Of a stretch of 52,881 nt of DNA, positions 38,083 through 47,017 are shown piece by piece. Where the stretch lies: contig JBHIDR010000002.1 in the NCBI GenBank assembly GCA_046760225.1, positions 1 to 52,881 of the forward strand. The letters run 5' to 3'. Both the position numbers and the translations under genes were made by a program. Position 1 is the first letter of the stretch, and each line of letters starts with the position of its first letter. This DNA is from Candidatus Aenigmatarchaeota archaeon. GTDB taxonomy: Archaea > Aenigmatarchaeota > Aenigmatarchaeia > Aenigmatarchaeales > JACQIB01. The notes beneath the pieces are model-generated. The model searched no databases and had not been told where the DNA came from. It worked only from the letters and a program-made list of their open reading frames with translations.

Positions 38083-38712
38083 ATGCAGATGAATGATTTC
38101 ATAAGAATCTCATATACAGGCAAGATAAAGGAGGGCGGCCAGGAGTTCGACAAAGGAGAAAAAATACCTGTTGTGGTCGGGGCAGGCTATGTGGTGAAGG
38201 GTCTGGACGAGGCTCTCCAGGGAATGGAGATTGGGGACAAGAAGACAGTTGAGATCTCGCCGGACAAGGCCTTTGGCGAAAGGAAGCCTGAGCTGATAAA
38301 GCTCGTGCCTGAATCAGAGTTCAAGAAGCATGACACCAAGCCCTATCCAGGGATGTTCATTAAGGCTGAAAACATGCAGGGAAGGGTGCTGAGCGTGAGC
38401 AGCGGAAGGGTGAAAGTGGACTTCAACCACCCCCTTGCAGGCAAGGTGCTTGTTTATGATGTTGAGATAAACAGCAAGATAGAAGACGCAGAGGAAAAGA
38501 TAAGGGCGGTTTTCGAGTTCTATACTAGGACACCATCGGAAAAGCTCAAGCTGGAAATGAAGGAAGGGGAAGTTGAGATATATGTTGCACCGATTATACA
38601 CGCTGTTATCAAGAAGAGGATTGCAGAAGACATAATCAAGTTCATTGGGCTGGAAAAGGTCAAGTTCGCAGAGGTCTTTGAGAAAGGGAAAACAGAGAGC
38701 AAGCAATTCTAG
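38083..38712 (+). CDS. FKBP-type peptidyl-prolyl isomerase (SlyD / long archaeal type)
   Basis: YTGKI, VKGLDEAL, AFGER, VDFNHPLAGK. Confidence 0.93.
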   Translation: MQMNDFIRISYTGKIKEGGQEFDKGEKIPVVVGAGYVVKGLDEALQGMEIGDKKTVEISPDKAFGERKPELIKLVPESEFKKHDTKPYPGMFIKAENMQGRVLSVSSGRVKVDFNHPLAGKVLVYDVEINSKIEDAEEKIRAVFEFYTRTPSEKLKLEMKEGEVEIYVAPIIHAVIKKRIAEDIIKFIGLEKVKFAEVFEKGKTESKQF

Positions 38713-38725
38713 GGTGTCTGGTAAA

Positions 38726-38743
38726 TTATAAGATTTCTTATAA
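38726..38743. promoter_or_regulatory. palindrome TTATAAGATTTCTTATAA upstream of the ftsZ promoter
   Basis: one mismatch to the 38008 copy; TTTAAATA box follows at about 38758. Confidence 0.65.
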
Positions 38744-38824
38744 AGGTTTGCTTTGGTTTTAAATATGTTCCAAGCAAATGAATTATCTGGAAATGATTAT
38801 TTTCAAACAGGAGGTAGATAAAAA

Positions 38825-39898
38825 ATGGCAGTAAAATCAGAATCAACAAAAATATCTGCAGTGGACGAAGAACTGAAAAAACTTCTCGAGGCAAGGAAAG
38901 CTGAAATAAAGGTCATAGGCATAGGCGGTGCTGGTAACAACACTGTTTCAAGAATGATGCAGGTTGGCATTGTTGGGGCAGAAGTTGTTGCACTCAACAC
39001 AGATGCCCAGGACCTTCTTTATACAGATGCTGACACAAAGGTCCTTATTGGAAAGGAGCTGACAAGGGGTCTTGGTGCAGGAGCCAATCCGCACATAGGA
39101 ATGGAATCAGCCAGGGAGAGCAAGAACGACATAAAGGAAGCGCTTCAAGGAGCTGACATGGTCTTCATAACATGCGGGCTTGGAGGAGGGACAGGAACAG
39201 GTGGAGCACCTGTTGTAGCTGATGTTGCCAAGAAAATGGGAGCGCTTGCAGTTGGAATCGTGACATTGCCCTTTACCATGGAAGGGAAGCAGAGAATGGA
39301 CAATGCAAGGCATGGGCTGGAGGATCTGGAAAAGGTAGTGGACACCCTGATTGTGATTCCCAATGACAAGCTGCTCGAGATTGTTCCGGACGTCTCAATA
39401 ATAACTGCTTTCAAGGTAAGTGATGAGATTCTTGTCAATGCTGTGAAAGGAATAGCAGAGCTTGTCACAAAACCAGGGCTGGTCAACCTTGACTTTGCTG
39501 ACATAAAGGCTGTTATGGGAGACGGCGGAATAGCAATGATAGGAATGGGCGAGAGCGACACTGAGAACAGGTCACTGGAAGCTGTTGAGAAGGCCATAAA
39601 CAACCCTCTGCTGGATGTTGAGATTGACGGCGCTGAGGGCGCACTGATAAATGTCAGCGGCGGTTCTGACATAACAATAAGAGAATGCCAGTCCATAGTC
39701 GAGGCTGTGTCATCCAAGCTCCACCAGGACGCGAAGATAATCTGGGGAGCGCAGATAATAAAGGAGCTCGGGGACGTTGTCAGGACAATGCTGATAATAA
39801 CAGGAGTGAAGAGCTCCCAGATATATGGTCCGACAAAGACATTCACAAAGGAGAAGGAAAAGGAGATAGAGAAGATTCTGGGGATAGATTTTGTTTGA
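38825..39898 (+). CDS. ftsZ: cell division protein FtsZ
   Basis: [17 protein letters not shown] tubulin motif, NLDFAD; GGAGGT SD. Confidence 0.97.
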   Translation: MAVKSESTKISAVDEELKKLLEARKAEIKVIGIGGAGNNTVSRMMQVGIVGAEVVALNTDAQDLLYTDADTKVLIGKELTRGLGAGANPHIGMESARESKNDIKEALQGADMVFITCGLGGGTGTGGAPVVADVAKKMGALAVGIVTLPFTMEGKQRMDNARHGLEDLEKVVDTLIVIPNDKLLEIVPDVSIITAFKVSDEILVNAVKGIAELVTKPGLVNLDFADIKAVMGDGGIAMIGMGESDTENRSLEAVEKAINNPLLDVEIDGAEGALINVSGGSDITIRECQSIVEAVSSKLHQDAKIIWGAQIIKELGDVVRTMLIITGVKSSQIYGPTKTFTKEKEKEIEKILGIDFV

Positions 39899-39921
39899 GA
39901 AACTGCTAAGGCAGTTTCTCA
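39896..39921 (+). terminator. 11-bp perfect hairpin at the ftsZ stop
   Basis: TGAGAAACTGC-TAAG-GCAGTTTCTCA; function (terminator or stabiliser) is inferred. Confidence 0.5.
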
Positions 39922-39983
39922 TTTAAATACTAAGGTTTTAAATAGTCTTCGTTCTAATAGGAATCTAGATTCTGGTGGATAAT

Positions 39984-40187
39984 ATGGGTATGATAAAGGA
40001 TTTGGTTTCACCGGCTAAATGGAAGCAAAGGTTCATGCAGTACAGGAGAACAGTAGAGGTAAGCAGAAAGCCTGACAAGGAAGAGTTCAACAGCTCTTCA
40101 AAGATTACTGGAGTGGGGATGCTGCTCATAGGTTTTGTGGGCTTTATAATATTTCTCATTTATCATCTCATAATGTCGGTGGTATGA
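39984..40187 (+). CDS. secE: SecE / Sec61-gamma
   Basis: YRRTVEVSRKPDKEEF..G..LIGFVGFII; ftsZ-secE-spt5 synteny. Confidence 0.92.
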   Translation: MGMIKDLVSPAKWKQRFMQYRRTVEVSRKPDKEEFNSSSKITGVGMLLIGFVGFIIFLIYHLIMSVV

Positions 40188-40645
40188 TGATATTCACTCT
40201 CAGGACAACAGTTGGAAGGGAAAATTCTGTAATTGACACCATAAGCAGCAAGATAAAGAACGTTGGCGGCAATATTGCTGCAATCCTGCACCCCGAGGAG
40301 CTCAGGGGCTATATCTTCATTGAGGGCGACATCGAGTCAATAGAAAGGGTTATTGTGGGTGTGCCACATGTGAGGGGAATAATAAGAAAGGAGATAAGGC
40401 TTGACGAAATAAAGAAGTTCCTTGAGGTAAAGAAGATTGAGATAAAGCTGAACAAGGGAGATGTTGTTGAAATAACAGGAGGTCCGTTCAAGAACGAGAA
40501 AGGAAAGGTAGTCAGGATTGACGAGGCAAAAGAAGAAGTAACAATCGAGCTGCTTGAGGCCGCAATACCAATTCCCATAACTGTTTCTATTGAATCTGTC
40601 AGGCTCATGGAATCTGCTGAGAAGCCAAAGGAGGAGAAGAAGTAA
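40184..40645 (+). CDS. spt5: transcription elongation factor Spt5 / NusG
   Basis: RTTVGRE, LRGYIFIE, KOW GDVVEITGGPFK. Confidence 0.95.
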   Translation: MMIFTLRTTVGRENSVIDTISSKIKNVGGNIAAILHPEELRGYIFIEGDIESIERVIVGVPHVRGIIRKEIRLDEIKKFLEVKKIEIKLNKGDVVEITGGPFKNEKGKVVRIDEAKEEVTIELLEAAIPIPITVSIESVRLMESAEKPKEEKK

Positions 40646-41163
40646 TGGCAAAGCAGACAGTGAAGGCACTTGTTGAAGGTGGCAAGGCTGTGCCAGGACC
40701 GCCACTCGGCCCAGCGCTTGCAGCAGCAAAGGTCAATATAGGACAGGTTGTTAGTGCAATAAACGAGAAGACCAAGGAGTTCAAGGGCATAAAGGTGCCG
40801 ATTGAAGTGATAATAGACACTGATACCAAGGAGTTTGAGATAAGGGTGGGGAGCCCTCCTATTTCCCAGCTCATAAAAAAGGAGCTGAAGCTGGAAAGGC
40901 TTGCCAAGACACCATGGACAATACCCAAGCCAAAGGAAGGCGAGGCACCACCAGAGGAATTCAGGGCAAGCATATCCATGGACGCTCTTGTGAAAATAGC
41001 AAAGTCAAAGATGGAGTCAATGAAGACAGACAACCTGAAAATAGCTGTGAAGCAGGCTGTGGCAAGCTGCGTGAGCAGCGGTGTGATGGTTGAGGAAAAG
41101 CACCCAAAGGAAATCCTCAAAGAGATAGACGATGGCAAATGGGACGACAAAATTAAGGCTTAG
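40645..41163 (+). CDS. rpl11: 50S ribosomal protein L11
   Basis: GGKAVPGPPLGPAL, INEKTKEF, GSPP. Confidence 0.96.
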   Translation: MAKQTVKALVEGGKAVPGPPLGPALAAAKVNIGQVVSAINEKTKEFKGIKVPIEVIIDTDTKEFEIRVGSPPISQLIKKELKLERLAKTPWTIPKPKEGEAPPEEFRASISMDALVKIAKSKMESMKTDNLKIAVKQAVASCVSSGVMVEEKHPKEILKEIDDGKWDDKIKA

Positions 41164-42304
41164 CATCCGGGTAAATCTCTGGATATATTTTCTTTTGCAA
41201 TTTCCTTAATTTAGGCAGCTTCTTCCTGGCTTTGCTTTCCAGTACAGCAAGTACTTTCTCATCAGAAAGCATGTCCTTGCATATCTCACATTCGTGTGTG
41301 ACTGCATTGTCCAGGTAATTGTCGTATGCGTCCAGCATTGTCTTTCCTATTCTTCCGAAGAGCATGGTAGTGTTCTTCACCATCATGAAGTTCAGCAGCG
41401 GATCCTTGTTCGCATGTTCCGTTATCTTGTGCAGGCTGTCCTCGTTCACGCTCCCTATCTTCAGGCGCGGTATCTCCTTGTAGAAAAGCGAGCAGCAGGG
41501 ATATGCTGAGCCGTCCCCTCTTATGGTCACCATATTGTGCGCAGAGAAAGGACCGATGCAGGGCAGTTTTTTCTTCCTTATGTCCTTCAGCACCTTTCTG
41601 ACAGGCCATGTCATGAAGCTGCTTTTTTCTATGTTCCTTGCCCTACCAGCATAGACTATGGGGCTGAGGATGAACTCTATGTCACCGCGTCTGGAATTGT
41701 AGACATAACCCCCGTCATCCTTCCGGCTTATAGGAAGGCTCTTTACCATTTTGTTCAAGTCTTCTGCATCGTCCTTGAGAAAGGAAAAATCTATTGCAAG
41801 ACCGTCTGTGGTCCCGAAGGTGTCGTAGTAGGCGTCAATCACATTGAAGACATATCTATGGGGAACAAACTCTTCATGGAACTTGTCTATACTGAGTTGG
41901 AAGTGTGTTCCGACCTTATCTGTCTTGCCGAACAGCTTCCTGACTTTAACCTTATCTGTTGAATAGCCAGCATCCTTCAGCCTCTCCAGAACCCTTCTGG
42001 CAGAGCTCCTGTTCTTGCCGAAGAAACCGCTCGTCATTATGGAATAGAGCTTGATGCTGTTCTTCTTTGCCTCCCTTACTGCATGGTAAAGGTTCCTTGA
42101 AGAAAAAGGCTCCCCGCCGCTGATGGCAAGTATCTGGATGCCCTCCTCAGCTGCGTCCTTCATCAGCTTGGTTATTGTTTTCTTGTCCAAGCTATTACCA
42201 TAAGGTCCGCATTCATATCCGCAATGCCCGCATTCGCTCGGGCAATATTCAGTTACATCCAGCATCATGCATGACGGTCTGTAAAATCTGACATCATCGT
42301 CCAT
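41153..42304 (-). CDS. radical SAM protein with SPASM/twitch-like domain
   Basis: CPSECGHC, SGGEPF, SIDKFH, GRAR, G.AYPCC, HECEIC. Confidence 0.88.
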   Translation of the reverse strand: MDDDVRFYRPSCMMLDVTEYCPSECGHCGYECGPYGNSLDKKTITKLMKDAAEEGIQILAISGGEPFSSRNLYHAVREAKKNSIKLYSIMTSGFFGKNRSSARRVLERLKDAGYSTDKVKVRKLFGKTDKVGTHFQLSIDKFHEEFVPHRYVFNVIDAYYDTFGTTDGLAIDFSFLKDDAEDLNKMVKSLPISRKDDGGYVYNSRRGDIEFILSPIVYAGRARNIEKSSFMTWPVRKVLKDIRKKKLPCIGPFSAHNMVTIRGDGSAYPCCSLFYKEIPRLKIGSVNEDSLHKITEHANKDPLLNFMMVKNTTMLFGRIGKTMLDAYDNYLDNAVTHECEICKDMLSDEKVLAVLESKARKKLPKLRKLQKKIYPEIYPDAKP

Positions 42305-42376
42305 GGGGTAGCTTAGAATGTTAATCTTTAAGTGCTTTCTTAAGGCTTAAATGCTTTTCTGCATAATAAATATTCT

Positions 42377-42886
42377 ATGTCATTGTCAAAGCTATTCTGG
42401 TTCACAGCAATCAGCACAGTAGTATTCCTTGCAATGTATGTCTATGGTTTTGACCTTCTGAACATTGTTCTTGCGCTCCTGCTTGTCAACATGATAGTGC
42501 TGAAGGCATCTCATGACGAGGTTTTTGAGAGATTCAAGTTCGGGAACGTGCTGTCAAGCAAGATGGAGAAGATAGAGGATGTTATGCTTGACCTGACCAG
42601 GTTCATGAGGGACAAGGAAGGACATTCTTCAAAAGCAAGCGATGTGACACTTGGCGGTATAGACCAGAGCTTCAAGAAGCATACTGATACTATCAAAATC
42701 GATATGGATGACAAGCTCGAAAGAATGGCAAAAAAGGCAATAGAAATCGAGAACAGGCTGAACGAGATAAAGAAGACGTTCTCAGCAGCAGTCGCCAGCC
42801 TGGATGACAGGATACACACAATCGAGAAGCCTGAGGAAACTGTTGAGTCAGACAGCTTTGTGGAACTTCCTGAAGAGTTCAGCTAG
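42377..42886 (+). CDS. membrane-anchored coiled-coil protein
   Basis: two N-terminal TM segments then heptad-rich region. Confidence 0.7.
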   Translation: MSLSKLFWFTAISTVVFLAMYVYGFDLLNIVLALLLVNMIVLKASHDEVFERFKFGNVLSSKMEKIEDVMLDLTRFMRDKEGHSSKASDVTLGGIDQSFKKHTDTIKIDMDDKLERMAKKAIEIENRLNEIKKTFSAAVASLDDRIHTIEKPEETVESDSFVELPEEFS

Positions 42887-43244
42887 GTTCTTCCTGAGGA
42901 GCAACCCTAAATTCGTAATACTTTTTTCCTTCTGAAAAAGAGCTAGGTCCGGGTATTTTCGGTGTTCTCTTGAATTCTTCCTCTGTTATTTCTGTGCCAA
43001 TTTCTTTGCATGTCTCTAAGGCTTGCCTATAGGTCGGTCCAAGGGGATTGGGCCTATGGTCCTCATCAGGAAACGTCTTTTTCATTGCTATGTCATAATA
43101 CCTGTCTGGTCCAGATACCCTATAGTATGCCTTTGTCTCACCGTCGGACAGCAATATAAGTATGTCGGCCTGCCTTGCCTTCATATGGCCTTCCATATCT
43201 TTCGGAAAATCAGCTATGACTCCCAATTCCTTTAAAGTGGTCAT
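42879..43244 (-). CDS. hypothetical protein
   Basis: about 121 aa from ATG 43244 (MTTLKELG). Confidence 0.6.
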   Translation of the reverse strand: MTTLKELGVIADFPKDMEGHMKARQADILILLSDGETKAYYRVSGPDRYYDIAMKKTFPDEDHRPNPLGPTYRQALETCKEIGTEITEEEFKRTPKIPGPSSFSEGKKYYEFRVAPQEEPS

Positions 43245-43297
43245 ACCAACTAATTGGAAGAAAATCTTTAAATACCTTGTTCTGCTATAATATTCCA

Positions 43298-43365
43298 CTG
43301 CTTAGCAAAGTGAAATCTGTTTGGATTTCACGTGCTTCGCGAAATCTATGATTTCGCTCAGGCAG
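43298..43365 (+). promoter_or_regulatory. structured 5' leader of the rpl1-rpl10-rpl12 operon
   Basis: CTGCTT/AGGCAG closing two related hairpins GTGAAATC..GATTTCAC and GCGAAATC..GATTTCGC; TTTAAATA box at about 43268. Confidence 0.55.
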
Positions 43366-43388
43366 AAGCATTGTGCGATGTGCTGGTT

Positions 43389-44036
43389 ATGGAGAAGAAG
43401 GAGATTGTCGAGGTCGTGAAAAAGGCCAGGGAAGGTGCTAAGAAAAGGAACTTCAAGCAGAGCTTTGACATGGCAATAAATTTCAAGAACCTTGACCTGA
43501 AAAAGGCTGAGAACAAGATAAAGACAGAGGTATTGCTGCCCAAAGGAATGGGCAAGGAACTCACAATCGGCGTGTTTGCTGACACCATGATACCCCAGGT
43601 AAAGAAGCTTGAGGGTGTTGTTCTTATCAGGAAAGATGAACTGGAGGGACTGAAGGCAAAGAAAAAGCAGGCAAAAGCACTTGCAAACAAATGCCATGCG
43701 TTTCTATCTGAAGCACCACTCATGCCCCTTGTAGGAAAGTTCCTTGGACCTGTGCTGGCTGTAAGGAACAAGATGCCCAGGCCAGTGCCGCCAACACTTG
43801 CCAACATAGAGCCGCTTGTCAAAAGGGCAAGGAACACAGTAAGGATTGTGCTAAGGGACAGTCCTGCTGCACACTGCAGGATAGGAGTAGAGGAGATGAG
43901 TGATGATGATGTTGCTGAAAACGCACTTGCAGTGCTCAAAGCAGTGGAAACAGCTCTTCCCAAGGGCATTACACAGATGAAGAATGCCAACATAAAACTC
44001 ACAATGGGAAAACCTGTAAAAATTGTTATTAAGTGA
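43389..44036 (+). CDS. rpl1: 50S ribosomal protein L1
   Basis: KRNFKQSFDMAINFK, GKFLGPVL..RNKMP, KLTMGKP. Confidence 0.96.
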   Translation: MEKKEIVEVVKKAREGAKKRNFKQSFDMAINFKNLDLKKAENKIKTEVLLPKGMGKELTIGVFADTMIPQVKKLEGVVLIRKDELEGLKAKKKQAKALANKCHAFLSEAPLMPLVGKFLGPVLAVRNKMPRPVPPTLANIEPLVKRARNTVRIVLRDSPAAHCRIGVEEMSDDDVAENALAVLKAVETALPKGITQMKNANIKLTMGKPVKIVIK

Positions 44037-44040
44037 TTGT

Positions 44041-44895
44041 ATGGCTGAGAAAAAAGGAAGATTGGAACCAAGAATGGAGAAGATTGAGAAAGTAGAGAAG
44101 CTGAGGAAGTTAATTGCAGAGAGCCCTGTTGTTGGAATGATAAGCATATTCAAGATGCCGGCTTCGCCGCTTCAGAACATAAGATATGCGCTTAAGGACA
44201 GTGCAAGGATACTTGTTACAAAGAAAGACAAGATAATGAAGGCACTGGAAAAGGTTGATGATAAAAGAGCTTTGCTGGACCACATGGCAATGCAGCCTGC
44301 ACTCATACTTTCTGACATGAACCCATTCAAGCTGTACAAGATAATCGAAAGGTCCAAGAGCAAGGTGCCTGCAAAGCCAGGGGATGTTGCCACAGAGGAA
44401 ATAGTTGTGCCTGCAGGGCCGACTGACCTGCCTCCTGGACCAGCAATCTCATCACTGACAAAGGTAAAGATTGCTGCCAAGGTGGAAGCAGGCAAGATTG
44501 CAATAATGAGGGACTCCCTTGTTGCAAAACCAGGAGATGTGATATCTGCTGACCTTGCATCTGCACTGAACATGCTCAAGATAAAGCCAATGGAGATCGG
44601 GCTTGATGTTGTTGCTATTTGGGAAGACGGGACTGTTTACAAAAAGGATGTACTTGCTGTTGATGAGGAAAAGATTGTGTCAGACATGGCCCTTGCAGCA
44701 TCACAGGCATTCAACCTCTCAATGAATGCTGGCTGGGTAACAAAGAGGACAATCGAGCCGCTCATAATCAAGGCTTTCATGGAAGCCAAGACACTTGGAA
44801 TCGAAGCAGGCATAATTGACAAGGGAGTTATTGAAGAACTGCTTGCCAAGGCAAAAAGGCAGGCAGAAGCATTAAAGCAAAAGGTAGGTGAATGA
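44041..44895 (+). CDS. rpl10: 50S ribosomal protein L10 (P0)
   Basis: [28 protein letters not shown]. Confidence 0.96.
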   Translation: MAEKKGRLEPRMEKIEKVEKLRKLIAESPVVGMISIFKMPASPLQNIRYALKDSARILVTKKDKIMKALEKVDDKRALLDHMAMQPALILSDMNPFKLYKIIERSKSKVPAKPGDVATEEIVVPAGPTDLPPGPAISSLTKVKIAAKVEAGKIAIMRDSLVAKPGDVISADLASALNMLKIKPMEIGLDVVAIWEDGTVYKKDVLAVDEEKIVSDMALAASQAFNLSMNAGWVTKRTIEPLIIKAFMEAKTLGIEAGIIDKGVIEELLAKAKRQAEALKQKVGE

Positions 44896-44896
44896 A

Positions 44897-45199
44897 ATGG
44901 AATTGATATATGCAGCACTGCTGTTGCACAGCGCAAAGCAGCCCATAAATGAGGAGAATGTGAAAAAGGTCATAACATCTACAGGAACAGCTGTGGATGA
45001 AGCAAAGGTAAAGGCACTTGTTGCTACACTAGAAGGAGTGAACATAGAGGAAGCAATAAGCAAGGCAGCAATGCCGGTTGCGGCTGCACCTGCCCCAGCA
45101 GCAGAAGAAAAGAAAAAGGAGAAGAAGGAAGAGGAAAAAACAGAAGAAAGGGAGAAAAAAGCTGAAGAGGCTGCCGCGGGTCTCGGGTTATTGTTTTAA
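44897..45199 (+). CDS. rpl12: 50S ribosomal protein L12 (aP1)
   Basis: [11 protein letters not shown], Ala/Glu-rich hinge, AAAGLGLLF. Confidence 0.96.
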   Translation: MELIYAALLLHSAKQPINEENVKKVITSTGTAVDEAKVKALVATLEGVNIEEAISKAAMPVAAAPAPAAEEKKKEKKEEEKTEEREKKAEEAAAGLGLLF

Positions 45200-45217
45200 T
45201 CCGCTCGAATCGGTGCC

Positions 45218-46747
45218 TTATTCGGATAGACGTCTTCCCTTAGTTTTTAGACTATCCAATAAGTCAATGAGATTCGTAGCTTTCTTTAGTTTTAGAAATT
45301 CATTAAATTCTCTTTTCCATTTTGACAAAATTTCAGCGAAAATCTTAGCCTTATTGGTCACTTTCCACCGGACTGCATAAGGTCTTTTCCTTGTACCAAT
45401 TAGCAATCCCTCTTTTTCTTTATTGTTTAACCAGTCATTTACTGTCCTCAATTGCAAATTGTATTTCTTCATTAAATCAAAACTAGTAAATGAATCTAGT
45501 TTTACAAGGTCAAGAAATCTATAATTAGTTTTATGTCTTCTTCCGTCCATATACATGCCTATACAAAGTACCAATTTTTCCCAATTATTTGTATTTTCGA
45601 AAGCTCTGATTTTGTGAAGATAAAGTAGATTTGATAAGGTACATCCTGACACGACAAAAATACGTTTTTCTATAATATGTGGCTTAAAACCAAGTTTGCG
45701 CATTATAACAGCATAGTCTTTAAGGTACTCTAATTGTCTATCAACAATCTTTATGCGAGCATACGGATAGCCATATTCCCGGTTCTTTGTATGTATGTCC
45801 AAAGTGCCATCTCCAGTTAGGAGTTTGGAAAAGAAACTGTCTGCAAACAATCTTACATCAGTATCCCATTGCTCCCTTACTAGAAGTTTTCTAATTCGAT
45901 CAAGAGCTGAAAGAAGTGTGTCTATGATTACCCTATTTCTTACAAAGGTTCTGAAACCATAGCTTCGTTTGCTTTCGGGGGATGGGTGAAGGTAGCTAAC
46001 TTTCAGTCCCATTCTACCCTCAAAGTTTTGAAGATGTTTTTTAATATCCTTAATCGAAGGGTGAAATGAGCAGCTACAAAAAATCTTGTTCTTAGGAATC
46101 CCAATTTTCATAAGGTATGATATAAAATCTTGATGCTCCTCTATAGATTTGTTGCAGAATTCAAATCTGAGTTTCAACTTAGCATCCTTTGTGCCTTCTG
46201 CTTGATATTGACCGAACAACTTTCCCAGTGTTTCGATGTTAACATATCTTCTAATCTCAATCTGTCTTCCAGAACCACGCTGATGGCAATACCACATTCT
46301 TAACCATCTTTCATCTGCCTTCCTAAATTCCGTTACAAAAATCCTGTAACCGTTAGATGTTCGTTTAGGTATTAGGGACAACATATCCACTTTACCGTCA
46401 GGGAAAATTTTGCTTGGACGTTCTGCATCTTGTATAACTTTTATTTTTACTTCCAACGTATCTCCAAGTTTAAAAAGCATTTTCCCTTCTGTAGCCTTTC
46501 TAATTGTAACAAACTGATTCAATTTTGCAAGAAAGGTAGACTTCTTTTTTGTCTTGCGAATAGTAACTTCAGCAATTTTTCCTTTCAGTTCATCGGTTAC
46601 AAAGGGCATATACATTCCAATTTTCGATCCGGATTTGATGACCTTCAAATTATATTTCACTTCAAAAACCCCATAAGATTTTCTTTTCGCCTTCATATAA
46701 TGATTCTCCAATTTATTACCACATGTGTCGACTTCAAACTCTATCAT
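45218..46747 (-). mobile_element. free-standing double-motif LAGLIDADG endonuclease-like protein with C-terminal HTH
   Basis: AT-rich with foreign codon usage; LFGQYQAEG and FFSKLLTGDG motifs, FCNKS; GGAGGTG SD; antisense between rpl12 and alaS. Confidence 0.75.
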
Positions 46748-47017
46748 ACTAACACCTCCTGCAACTCGGGACTTGCGTTCCTAGACTTCATGTCCCGGAC
46801 TGTTAGGTATTTTTACTCTTAAGGCGACCTCGTGAAACGAGGGAAAAACCATAAATTCCTTCGTAGCAGGCGTGTTCCAGCCTGCGTGCAAAGGGATTTG
46901 GAGGGCTGGGGAGGCTCCAAATCCTATCCAGAAGAAGGAAATTTAGCCTATAATTACTATTTTCTAGCTCTAGCATTAGATTTTTCTATTCCAAATGACA
47001 TCCTTTAATTGATACTT

